From Moniliella sp. 'wahieum' (taxonomy: Eukaryota), in assembly GCA_003971905.1 (NCBI GenBank), contig RSEE01000004.1, positions 248,001 to 312,000 on the forward strand: a stretch of 64,000 nt of DNA, read 5' to 3'. The position numbers were made by a program, and so were the translations under genes. The stretch's first letter is position 1, and each line of letters opens with the position of its first letter. The notes beneath the pieces were generated by a model. The model had not been told where the DNA came from. It worked only from the letters and a program-made list of their open reading frames with translations, and ran no database searches. Shown one piece after another: positions 51,201-63,400 of the stretch.

Positions 51201-51522
51201 GGATGGGTGCGGAGATGGTGGTGGGTTCGGAGCGCGAGGGGGCTGCGGAGCTGCGGGGCGCGCATTGTGTCAGCGTGTCGAGGCTGAGCTCAGCCCGGGG
51301 CTGATCAGGGTGACTTAAAGCTTCAAGTGTCGTAGCACTCGCCTTTAAGCTTTAAGCTCCAGTAGGAGCTAACGTGATTGACTGAAGCGCAGGCGCCGGA
51401 GCCAGTGGCTTACATCAAACTTTCACGTTGGACCGCACACCGAGTACGCGGGTTGCCGCCTCCTTAGCACTCGTCGCACTCTGCCTCAGGCCTGCGTCAC
51501 GCGTCAGCGCGTCAGGCATGCA

Positions 51523-54500
51523 TCAGGCCAGGATCAGACATGGAGTTTGCAATGTGACATTGGCAGTAACAGGTAAAACTTTAAGGTTCACCACAGATGC
51601 AATAAAATCCACGTCCAGCTTCAGACACCTGTGCCAGAACCAGGCTCTCTGTCCTCCTGCTCCGCTTCCATCCATCTCCTCATTACACCGTCCCGACCAT
51701 CCCCATCCCCCGCAAGGCCAGCTACTGCAGACGATACATGCATGTATACGTAACCATTCAAACACCCTATCCTGTCCGTTGCTCCGGTAGCAGCGCACCC
51801 ATCGCCGATCCCGGTCTTGGAGGCACCGCGGCCAAGGGTGGGGAGGACAGCGTCTGAGCCGACCGGCCCGGCTGCGAGTGCGACGGCATCATCGCCACCG
51901 CCTCAGTCATGGGGCCTGGGGGCCACCCTTCGGACCATGGAGGCGGAGGCTGTTTGCCTGACGTTGGTCGCAGCAGTGGCACACACCGTTTAGCAAAAAT
52001 TCCCGCGACACCTTGTCTGCCCCTTCGACCAAGTCGGCACGCAGAACAGGCGTCAGGATGCGGGGCACATGCCAGAATGCATCTTGGTACGTCAAAATCG
52101 TCGTCACTGCCCTGTTGGCAGCAAATGCCTCACTCTTGTCCGCCATTGAGACTTTGGGATAGAGGAGATTGGGTGCCATGACCAAGGCCAGGTTGGGAAG
52201 ATCCATCTTGCTCCCTGACCCTTCGTCAGGAGAGGAAGATGCAAACGTGGCCACCCAACGAAGGAACAGGGACAGGACCTCCAAAACGTCCCTGTGCACG
52301 CGTGGGAGAAGGATGGCGATGGCTTGTAGTAGGCGCACTCGTTCCTCCTCTGGCTCGACAGCTTGGGACGTACAAACAGGCAGTGCAGACGGAATGTCAA
52401 TAGCGGATCCGGCAGCTCGTGCAGAAACTTCTTGAGTAGCACCGCTAGCTGGATTGGCGAGTCTTCCTCCAGTGCAACCGCTTGGTCCTTGTCCAACGCT
52501 TCTACTTCCTCCTTCAACTGGCGGATGTTGCCATTCTTGCGGAAGATGCCTTCGACCCTCATATCCTTGTTGCGCATCGTGTGGATCAACTGGTCCAAAA
52601 ATTGAGGGATGATCAACTCCCCGCCCATACCAAGCGTAGAATGAACGCCCCCGCGCTCAATCAGGAGTTCAAGGGGGACACCGAACAGGCCTTTCTTCTT
52701 CACCTCTTTCTTATCCTTCTTGTCAGCTTTAAACCAGCGACTCCAAAAGTTGTTCTTGCGAGTCTCAATCAAGTCCAAGAGCTCATCCAACTCTAAAACC
52801 CCTTTCAGTGGACTGTGCTCGAGATAGGCCACGGCCATATGCTTGATCGCCACCAACTCGTTTTCGCCCAGTTCCGCCACAAGTCGGGAAGTATGGAACG
52901 ACTCCACCTTGGCTTTGCTAGGCAGTGGGTCTGCGGGTGCTGGTACAGGCGAAGCCGGTGGAGCCGGCGAGCTCCAGGGTGGTCGTGTCACAGGAGTGCT
53001 GGTCGACGGTGAGAGTGGACGATGTGAGGGCGAAGCGGTGGCGAGGCCTGGCGATGGCGGGATTGCCCTGGGCGAGGCAGGAGGAGGGGAAGCGGGAAGG
53101 GGAGCGGGAAGGGGAGGAGGCAGTGGACTGGGGTTTGCCGCCCTCCTTGGGTCGGGAGGGACCAAATGTTTGGCTTGGAACCGGTCGAGCAAGCGTGAAA
53201 GTGCGACCCGCAACAGAAACGCATACTGTTCCAGCAACGAGACCGCCTGTACCCCCCCGCTCGCGCCAGGACCGGCACAATCAGGGCAAAAGATCTTTGG
53301 CTTGGATTCCGATCCAATCAAAAAGTCTTCTGCAGAGTATCTCCCCCCGCCTCGAGAGGGGAAGAGCCACAGACGCTGCAGCGAAAACAGTTGTGTGCCA
53401 ACGCATATTGATACCGCGTCTCCAGCAGGTATCCTCAATTGGCAACGCACACGCTCTGCACCGGTCTGTCCATTCACCTCCGCATTCAGGCTTAAGGTGG
53501 CGCGGGATACTGGCAAACCCATATGGCTGGCTCTCGTCGGGCTCCAAACTCTCTTTCCGGCAAAGAGGGAAAGTTGGTCGAGAAAGTGGTTAAGCCCGTT
53601 GGGTTGGCCTTGGTGCAACTCAGTAAGGCCAGCAATCAAAGCGGTTCGTATGATGGACTTGAGCTCAACCGCCATGCCGCTAAGGTCCATCTCTGTCAAA
53701 CGGATCGCCGAATCCATCTCCTGTGACTTGGAAAGAAGGAGGAAGAATTTGACGATTTTGCGGCAGAGGGTGCGGGCATGGGCAATGGAGGCCGCAGGTG
53801 GTGGCACAGCCAACGAGGAAAGAAGGACCTCCACGTGCAAGATGAAAGCTTGAGCAACACAGATCACGTCTCCAAATCGTCGGTCCGACACATCGCGCAT
53901 GATTTTCATGACGAACGTGGAGGTTGATTCTTCAAACGCTGAGGATGGTCCAAATCCGATACACGCGAAGCTCCACAGCTTGTTGCTGCGCCGCAAGCGA
54001 AGCAGGGGTCATTGTCTCTTCAATCAGTAATGCATCTGCGCGCACTGGACCAAAGGGTGTGTCCACTTCCTCCACTGGAGCAGGGTCAGGGAGGCAATCG
54101 ACTGGAACCGCCATGCGGATATTCCATAGCTTGTGAGCCATGTAGCAAACGCCATGCCATGCAGGGCCGCCTTTGATAACCACAAGCTGGTCCAGGATGG
54201 CCTGCTCGCACCCAGGGCAGCGTGCGGCATGCCGGGTGGAATAATGGAAGGGACAGAGGATCAGGTTGGCATGCACAAAGTATTGGTCGAGTGGGTATCG
54301 CACAGCGTGCAGGTGAAGTGCTCCAGATGGTACTTTCGCCCGCCCGCCTGAATCGCACCTGGCGCGCCCGGAGGGAAGAGGACGCCGCACCGGGCGCATG
54401 CGAGCTGGGCATGATGCTCTTCACAAAGAGCAATGCGCGGGCCGCCGTTTGGGGCCTCGGCAGTGAAGTACTTGGCGCCGACGTTCCGCCCGCATTCCTG

Positions 54501-54834
54501 CGGCGGGTCAGCAGCAGTAGACAGGGGCAATGAGGAAGGCACGTACATGGCAGGTAAAGCAATCGAGATGATAGAGCGCGTCCAGCGCCTTGACGCCGCG
54601 GTCAGAGGCGGTGATGGGGTTGCGGCACTTGGCGCAGACGCGGGTGGGCTTATCGGGGGTGGGGGTGGGGTGGGGGTGGAGGCGGGTGCGGCGAGAGGAG
54701 CAGGGGGGCCTACGGGCCAGGCGAGTGCGGGGGGCATGGCGAGGGGCGCAGGCGCGGGCGAGGGCGAGGGCGAGGCGAGGGCGAAGGCAAGGGCGAGGGC
54801 GACGCTCGGGAGGTCACACGCTCACTTGGGCCAT
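51523..54834 (-). CDS. LIM-domain RhoGAP (LRG1-like)
   Basis: LIM motifs (YHLDCFTC, LACARCG..YHLEHFTCTLC, RCPGCEQAIL, WHGVCYMAHKLWN); RhoGAP GLFGVPLE, VEGIFRKNGNIR, QLAVLLKKFLHELPDPLLTF, SKMDLPNLALVMAPNLL. Start and end approximate. Confidence 0.9.
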
Positions 54835-55310
54835 GGGTGGTTGGGTTGGGTTGGGCTGGCGGGCAGGCAAGTAGGCAGGCGGCTGCCGCCAATAGAGCGT
54901 GCGCTGCCAGTGGCGCTCCAGGGCGCTCCAGGGCGCCCCCGCCAGCGGCGGCGGCCAGCCACGGGGCTGAGGTAAGCCGTGCACCCTGGCTCAGCAGGGC
55001 AGAGCCTGGGCACTAGAGGACTGGGCGGCTGAGCGGCTGGGCGCTGGGCCGCTGAGCATCTCTCGGCCAGAGCGCCGGCAGTTGGTCATTAACCGTTGTG
55101 TCCCTTTGCCATCGGCCAAGTATGCGCGGGCTCCTGCGGGCAGCAGCGCTGTCTTGGGTTTAACCACGCTAGCAACGCAGACACCCGCCATGGCCGCAAC
55201 ACGCCACAGCCTGCAGGGAGCAGACATAAGCGGGCGGGTGCTCACACTGGAGGCTCTCAAGCGACTGCTCGCCGTTGGCCGCTCCCCAACGCGCCTTCAA
55301 CCGTCGCCCT

Positions 55311-57489
55311 TCACCGCAACCATTCATGCCCTGGTTTCTCCCGTACTGCGACAAGGAACACTAGTCTACAGCAATCCGTCGAAGGAAACACGAGACGAAT
55401 GAAGAATGAGGGATCTGAACTAATGCCCGAATGCCACACACTATACTCGTTTCTCTTAAATATAGCCCATGTCCTCTGCCCAGTCGTAGTGTGGGGCATG
55501 ATGGCAAAGGGGGCTTCCAGCCTAGTCGTTAAATGTAGGTATGCTTCATCGTCAAAGGTAGATGGTTGGCGCGGCACGGGCCAGCTCCATTGCCCACTCA
55601 TCACTAGCATTGAGAGGCGGTGGATGGCTTGATCGGCGATTCGGGAGATGACCTGGTCGTGTTGGTAGTGGTCTGGACGATAGGTGATCTCGTGCGTGAT
55701 TGACGTACATACCGCCGTGCGGAGCATCAACATCCATGGCTGCGCCTCGCGGAGGTGGAGTAAGGGAAAGTAGCGAAGAAGGGTTGTAGGCCAAGCCATT
55801 CCTTTACGTTCCTCGTCGGTGGGCCGGGTCATGGTCACCTTGCCCATGTAGGGTAGTAGCACGTTCAGACTCGGTATCAATGCACTTTTCACCAGGAAGA
55901 ATGACATGGTCTGGGCCACCATCCAGGACGCGGGAATAGAGGTGATGGAAGGGTCCCGTTCGATCATATAGTACGGGTACGATCAAGCAGGGCGCGTTTC
56001 CAGTCTTTCTGGGGGAGGGGTTAGCGTGTTGTTCTTCGGACAACAAAGGATAAGGACATACTACAATAGGCACGCAAGCCTGTAGGAGGTCGTAGACGGG
56101 CAGCGTTCCCTTGGAGTGCTTATCCCGCTGGCCATTCACGTGGTTCGTAAGTACAAATGCCCATGTGGTAACTATCTTCTTGACATTTGGTTCATCAGTC
56201 GAGATGCCAACGTAGGCGTGTCGCTTCGCCACCACGTTGGGCTTGCTGCCATATTCGCTCATCAATGGCTCGTCCATAGCGAAAACGCGCGTGCACAGCA
56301 GAGGATAGCAAATGAGAAGGCGCGGTGGATAATATAGGTAATTACCCCCTTACGCAGGGTCACCAACACGGTCCGGAATACTCTCCACGAAGGGATCAGC
56401 TCACGGCTGTAAGCGCAATGGCCATCTCGTATAGGACTGCATCGCGCACAGCGTCAACGTCTGACGCTTTTTTGGTGTAATTGGGCTGCTTTTTTTGCAC
56501 GAAAATCGACCAGGCAACCTCCTGAAGTTGATCGGCAAATTTTTTCTGGATAGGTCAGTTCAGTTGGCCTTTCAAGGGTTACACTGGAAGGCACCTACGA
56601 ACTGCTTTTCCACGAACGTATCGAGGGCTGTAATCTCAGCTTGGAGAACATGCGGCACGAGATACGACGGAACCGCGTCTTGCATAGGTGGCTTGGGCCG
56701 TAACCGCTTGAATGCATCCTCCCTTTCGTTCCCTTGGAGAGGGCGCTTTACCCCCTTCTTGTCTTCGCAATGAGACTCTTGGCCGTTCGAAATGAGAAGG
56801 GGAGGTTTGTCCTTCTCCCCATCTCCAGGGTCGTGTCCTCATTCTGAACCGAAGGACAGGGAGAGCCCTGTGGCGACTCAATCAAATCAAGATCCTGAGG
56901 CGGAATGTGCGAAGTGGTTGATGAACCGTTCCTCTCCGGTGAAGAAAGGGTAACATTGGATCCGGAAGCTGCACAGAAATTTGGATCGGTGGGGCGAAGA
57001 GTCGAGAATGGGAGTCCACACCACGGGAAACGGCACGTTGCATGGGAGCGCTACCCAAAATAGACCGAACGCGGTCCTCTCGTTCATCCATGTCGGGAGT
57101 AGGAGAAGCAGCGGACAGCCCACTACAGAGGGTAAGGTGCGCTTTCAGATCACCCCCCGGGCTGGAGACGGTCCAGGGCCAAAAGCGGATATCGTTGAGT
57201 AAGAATGTATCCCACGCATCCATACCGCGGAGACGAGCATGCAGGTTGCTGGCATAGGCAGCAGCTCGTTCCTAGCCAGCGACGAGGTCACCACGCGGGT
57301 GGCGACAGTGGGCATTGCCTGAGACAGCGGGAGACCCGCGCCGCCTCACGCAGGACGGAGCGGATACTCTCCTCAAAATCGTTCTTGGGGGGGGGGGGGG
57401 TACACCTGTGGTTAGCTCAATCCAAGACGATGTTGCAAGGCAATACACACAAGTGCTTGGGCGAGTGGATCAGTAAAGTCAACGGCCAT
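55311..57489 (-). CDS. Orphan protein, paralog 2 of an inverted pair
   Basis: MAVDFTDPLAQAL|same 45-nt intron|VYPPPPKNDFEESIRSVLREAARVS...; C-terminal IERDPSITSIPASWMV...LLRYFPLL...PWMLMLRTAVCT. Confidence 0.65.
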
Positions 57490-58088
57490 GATGGCAGAGG
57501 TGGTGACGATGGCTGCGTGACTGAGTACCGATTGAGGATGGATTGGATGGGGATGCGAGTGAGATAAGTGGTTGAAATCTCATTACAACGCTTTTTATTT
57601 CCGCCCCACCACTCCACCGGGGGGGGAACTCGGGCCCTCAGGCCTGAGCCTGACCTCTGAGGCTGAGCGCGCTGAGTTTCAGGACTGGGAGGGGGATGGG
57701 CACACGGCTCAGCCCTGGGCTCCAGGCCTGCTTAACCTGAGAGCCCAAGTCCTGCTGGGATGAATAATGATCGATGATCGCGATTGCTGGCTATTCCGGC
57801 CATTCATGGCTATGCAGGCTATGCAGGCTATGCGTCCGAGTCCCGGGTGTAGGAAATCCCAGAGTAACCTCTGGCAGTGGCAGGCGAGCAAGGCAGGGGA
57901 AGAAGCGGCGTGGAAGCAATCAGGGGGAAGGAGCCCGGAGGCAGCAGGAAGGGGCGGAACATATCATATCCGCTCAGCGTGCGCCCAGCCATCGCTGCTA
58001 CAACATATGAGAACTGCACGGCCCAGATTGTTAACAGCACAGTTTATATTGCAGTCCTCAAGAGGGTAAACTCCCTAGAGGGTAGAGC

Positions 58089-58868
58089 TTAGAGCTTCTT
58101 GGCCTGGACCAGAGCCTCCACTTCGGCAATAGCGTTGTCGAGGATCTGCTTCTGGAGAGAAGGGTCCTTAAGCGCGCCCTGCACTTGGCTCACCACAGTC
58201 TTGGCCAGCTCCTTCTGCTCCTCGTCACGAACCTGCGCCTCGTACCGCACCCACGAGTCAAGCACCGTCTTCACCTCAGCGGCAAGGGCAGTCTTCTGCT
58301 GCAGTTCGAAAACCTGGGCCTCAGTCTGAGCCGTGTCCTTGGCCAAGGCGTACAGGCCCTTGGTCACATTCACAACGTCCTTCTGAGCCTCAACGGCAGT
58401 GATCCGGTCCTGAATCGACTGGGCGTGGCGCTCACGAGCGTCCGTAAGCATTTGGGTAATACGCTACATATCCAACATTAGTACTCTTGTCCACCGCGCA
58501 AGGAATCAGAACCAATAAAGAAGAGTAGGAAGACGTACAGCAGCGCTCGAGTTGGCCCACTCATTAAAGGGACCACCCCCCTTCTTGACAATCGTCGTGA
58601 GACAATCAAGAACCCGGCAAGGATGACGGTGTCGTCGTTCAGAACGTAGATCTCGTTGGAAACGGCAGCAGCAGCAGTCCACTACCCAGGGTAAGCCAGC
58701 CGGTCTTGGCCACCACCGAATCACCCGGCAGCAGGTCAATCAGGGCCGACGCTTTGGTGGCCGGTGCGGGCTTGGACGAGGAAAACCCACCTGGCCCACT
58801 TGGCTCACCGTGGGCACGGCAGCTGCGAGACGGGTTGTCCGAAGAAGCGTGCGCGTAGCAATCGACAT
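58089..58868 (-). CDS. ATP4: Mitochondrial ATP synthase subunit b (4)
   Basis: MSIATRTLLR presequence; KASALIDLLPGDSVVAKTG, SNEIYVLNDDT, KTVLDSWVRYEAQVR. Intron 58464-58538. Confidence 0.96.
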
Positions 58869-59320
58869 GATGGCCAGCGGTGGAGGAGAGCCAATTCCAT
58901 CCGGCTTTGGCCGAGGTCCTGGCAACTGGGCGGGCTTGCCAGCTGGCGCATTCTCGCAGAGGGGCAGTGCAAAGCATCCCGCAGCGGGGAAGTGTCGCGC
59001 TGACGAAGATTGAGCGGAATTGGGATTCCGTCCCACTCCCGCAACAACGCGCAACCCTACTGCCTGTGTCCATCCTGCGCTGTAAAACCAATCATCGATG
59101 ATCATCGATCAATGATCTGAGAACTGGCGTTAGCGCATTATGATAGCGCGTATATATAACGCGTTTTGCGGAGAGCGTGTTCGCCAGCGATGTAGTCGGT
59201 CAACTAGAGAGAAAGGCGGCTAGCATGCAGACGCATTGACTATACAAGGCAATCTTCTCATCCATGGGGAAGCTTTTGATCCGTAGACTAAGTGGGGGGG
59301 ATCATATTAGCGTGTGGATG

Positions 59321-59504
59321 TGTCACAGTCGTGGCTAAGGCGAGGGAGACCAGAATCGGGACCAGGCCAAGGGGTGTAGCAATCGGTCGTGGGGAAGAAG
59401 CGAGAGCACAGAGAACATGGTGCGAAGTGGAAGAAACAGGGAAGGAGCGAGACGCTCGAGACGAAGAAATTGGAAATGGAAGCGAGATCAGCCAAACTAT
59501 GACA
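59321..59504. mobile_element. Diverged family A-like solo LTR (184 bp)
   Basis: Inverted termini TGTCACAGT...ACTATGACA; internal cgagggagacca and aattggaaatgga match the reverse complement of 25703-25883; no TSD match. Confidence 0.65.
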
Positions 59505-59916
59505 GTCTCGAAGAGGTTGAAGATGATGGGGATACCAATAGCGGGGTAAATCCACGTAGCGGAATTGCGGAACTTTTCGCGCAATGGCGGAGTTTGTAAT
59601 CAAGCATCTCGTCGTTTTGCCCAACACCACCATCTGACTACCATGATTGCCGGCATTGGGCGCGGGTGGCGCCACCTCCGCTGGTCACTTTACGAGCGCC
59701 CAGGATTTACATTCATGGTACTCGCTTGCTTCTCCACTCCTTGGATCACCGCCGTTGGCGTTAGCGTTCTGAACAAGTTCGATTATCAACGCCCTATCCC
59801 CCTCCCGCGCTCTTACCCTTGTACGTGTTTACCTTTCCTCTGACCTTAGGGGCGGCACTCAATGCTGTTTGCTCTTGCATTTGGAGAGGCGTTACGATGA
59901 ACATGAAACCAATTGG

Positions 59917-62900
59917 CTAACGTGTCTCCCCAGTGCCAGAAGGTCCGCGCCAAAAGATCACGGGGTACGAGGATGACGAGTAAACGTTGAAAAGCATGTT
60001 TTTTGGGTCCAATATGCTTGGAACGTCTGCCACCATCTGTTTTGTGATGGATTGACGCCCATCCACCCTGAAAAGTTTGTTTTCACCCGGGGAGAACGTC
60101 GTGTAACTTTCTATACCCGCTACGCCTGCAACACAGGCCACACTTGCCAAGCTAAACCATCAACTGCTATCACATAGATTTTGGGTTTCATCGGATTGGG
60201 ATCCGAGGGGGCCAATGGAGCAGCTTGCCGGGTGAAAAGGGCAGCAAACCTTTGTCTTCCTTTGAAAGCAGCTGTTCCACCACTCACATCATTTCCGCCA
60301 TCGGTGGTGCTTGGCGCCCATAAGAGAGTTGAAGCAGGTTGGCCAACTGGAGGAGACAGGCCACATTGGTAGGATTGAACGTGGTTCGGTCAAAACCTGC
60401 AAGGCCCAGGTCCCCAACGGTTGAGGATGGGGGATGGCAGACTGCATCCAATCGGTGATCATAGTTCGTTTGGTGTCTAGAGCGGAGGAGACCGGCACTG
60501 TTATAGTAGCAGGTGCCGGCACGCTACCCGACTTGATCAAGGCCGTTAGATTGGCCAGTACACTGGTCGTATCCTGTGAAGTAATAGAAGCAGGAGGTAC
60601 AGTTGGGGCTGAGAAAGCTGGAGATGACAAAGGTGCCGTCCCCGGACGAACATACGAGGACGCTCTCAGCATGGGAGGAGTGTCTGGAGGAGGCATGCCA
60701 TTCGCTTTGACTAACAGCGCAGCCACGGTGACCGGCAACTAAAGCAGAGCGAGGCAGTTGATGCTGGCACCAACACTGGTTCAACAGGCGCATTTCCCTC
60801 GAAACAGAATATTGCACAAGGGGGGTGCTTCTCCCCTGGTTATTCGCGCTATCCATCACTGTTTGTTTTATCTCCACCGTCCCGATGGCGCGAACATGTC
60901 TGTGCTTTCTCCCAGATCTCCAGCACCTTGATTTTATCCTGGGTGAAGAAGAAGCAAATATTAATTCAAAGTAGGGTGCAGGGGACATTGGAAGGAAAGG
61001 AATGAGATGGGGGCACATACGTGTTTCGCAGGCGGAAGGTGCCGGAGAGTGGCACCCACAACTTTGACAAAACTACCTCGAAGCGCTGAATCCAGGCATG
61101 AGCTAAAGCAGGAGGGATGCCCTGTAGGGGGGGGGCCCATCCTGTAAGTTGGAGGCTTGGCGCGAAACAGCGTCGAATTAGTAGGCAAAAGCCACAGACA
61201 GTCGCTCGTAGTTTGTTTCTGTCGAGCTGTGGGCCAACGAGGGCTGCGGTGAGCTCGTCAGACCGCTCGTAGTGTCACGGGCTGCGGCGGACACGAGATG
61301 GTCCGACCGAAGCTAAGGCCCGCCTGCTCCGCACATGCCCAGTAGAGCGTGCTCCGCAGGTCAACCAAGTGTGATGATGGTTGGCTAAATTAAGTATCGT
61401 GGCCGAAGGGCCACGCTCCGCGCGACAATAGTCGCCCCCCGCCCAAATCCAAGGCGGCCGGCCTAAGTAAGGCCACCGAGCTTCCAGTGCCGTGGCGACG
61501 TCTGTCGCCTCGTCCCCGTTTCCTTTTCCTTTCTCGGTCGCGCCTGCGGCGACCAACCCCGCTTTTGACATGTCTTCCTTTCTATACACCCCCTCTTGTA
61601 TCCGTTTCCCTTTTGATCCTGCCTGTACCCCTGGTTGATGGGGATCTTTTCCCCCACCTTCCATTCTCGTCATTCTCGTCATCATCTCGTCCTTTCCCGC
61701 CTATCCTGTCCGACTCCTGCCCGTTTTCCAGCCAATTGATCCAGTACAGGCAGCTCCTCTTGTTAGCGTCCGACATCTCCTCCGACCTCGTCCTCCAGCC
61801 CTTCGTCAGTCCAATCGCGCGAGCCCCCTTTGGTCGCGGCGATTCCCAGTCTCAGTTGAGGCAGTGTTTGTCCCCCTCTGCCTCCTCCCGTCCCTAAGTC
61901 CCGGAGGCTTCAGACACGTTACTACGGCCCAAGCCGGTGCAGACGCAGCCTTGCCACACGTCAGCCGCCCCACCAAAGGCCTCTCCTCGTCCCTAGCTCC
62001 GCTCGGACGCACCAACCAGCCTAAGCCCGAAACTACCGTGAGTCGACCTACCGCCACCTAAGGGATTGTACCCCAAAACCCCAGGGCGGGCCCCCTGGCG
62101 GCGCCCGCCCATGACACGTAGCAGGCTACACTCAGCTCCTTGGCACGCTCTGCCGTACTGACAGAGAACTTGTTGTTCATTGCCGTCTCCTAGGCCAATT
62201 TGGCCACCTGTGTAAGCTTATCCTCCATCGACATGTCTACACGTCCAGAGTTGCAAGCCTCGATGCGGTCACCGAGTGGTTGCACTATAATTTAGGTTGG
62301 CATGCGAAAGAACCCCAGTGCAAAGCCTGCACAGTATAGGTTGCTAACCCCACCTGGGCCACATTCTGAATGGCGGAATTGGGCTACAGAGTCACGTGAC
62401 CGCAATTGCGGCGCCGAAGCTGACGCAGACCGCGGGGTGGTGGGCTACTGGTTTGGGATTGGCGGCTTGCATGTCTTGGCAGGGCGGCTACACGGTCTTG
62501 GCATTTCTGGTTTACCGGGTTTACCTGCCGTGACACACCCCACCGTCCGTTACTAACTTGGCGTGGTTGATGTCGGGACGATGGCCATGTCTTCGCCACC
62601 ACCTCTATCACCTCCACCCTCATCGCCTCCGCCAGCGTAACAGCTGTAAGGAGAGGCATGCACATTCTCCTTGTCCTTTGCTCCTGGCTGTTCACGTGCA
62701 GTTCGCGCTCGCCCTGCCCCATCTTGCACGCGCTGGCAGTGGTGGCAGCTCTGACGACGGCTCCTGTGCCACCGCCTGGTCCGACGTGGGCTTGATTGCC
62801 CCCGGTGCCCTCAGTCCTGGCACATGCGCTTGCTAGTATGTTGCTATTCATCGATAACCCCTCTCCCAGTACTGCTACTGACACGGCTGTTGCAGCTTTG

Positions 62901-63400
62901 ACCAGGTGACGGCATATTGCTGTCAGTACCTTGGAGGGCAGGAACAAACATCAACCTTTATCCGGGACAATACTACATTAACCTACACAACCTGCTCTCC
63001 ATCGGGATCGTTTAAGGACATGCTGGCCTGCTTCAACACAGCTACGGCTCAGCATTGTGGGGACTCCAACCCTGTATTCCCTACGGGACTGTGTAACTCG
63101 ACTAATTCAGTCACGACCACCCCCAATCCTCTCTCAGTACTTCAGCATCCCATCCTCTCCTTTTGCATGAAGCTTTCGTCCGAAGGAGGGATGCATGTGC
63201 ATTGCTTCTGGGTCTCCTCATTTCGCTTGGTCTAAGTTGGTTCTGGTGAATTCACTAGTATTTATCCCATTGAACCTAATTACTATTACCTTATCCAGCC
63301 TCAATAACACCTTACCCTGCTGGCATTTGTATCCTCTTTGTCTATTACATCCATTCTTGACTTCTACATCTTGCTTGGTACTCCCAGAGCTCAGATGTGA
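59917..63400 (-). pseudogene. Large hypothetical gene relic interrupted by LTR B
   Basis: Removing LTR 61273-62116 restores MNNKFSVSTAERAKELSVACY|ERSDELTAALVGPQLDRNKLRA. An in-frame TAG lies just upstream (~62190). Protein-like ORFs at 60289-60738 and 59917-60150; outer limits uncertain. Confidence 0.45.
61273..62116. mobile_element. Solo LTR, family B (844 bp), TSD CGTAG
   Basis: Inverted termini TGTCACGGG...CCCATGACA; CGTAG at 61268-61272 and 62117-62121; second partial copy at 28845-29489. Confidence 0.9.

Noticed and set aside
57406..57450. Apparent premature TGA in paralog 2 (GATTGA vs GATTGG in paralog 1)
   Set aside because: It lies inside the predicted 45-nt intron (GTGTGT..GCTAAC CACAG), so it is not coding
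60860..60900. GTVEIK peptide shared with the copia-derived gene
   Set aside because: Six-residue match only; no other RT motifs nearby
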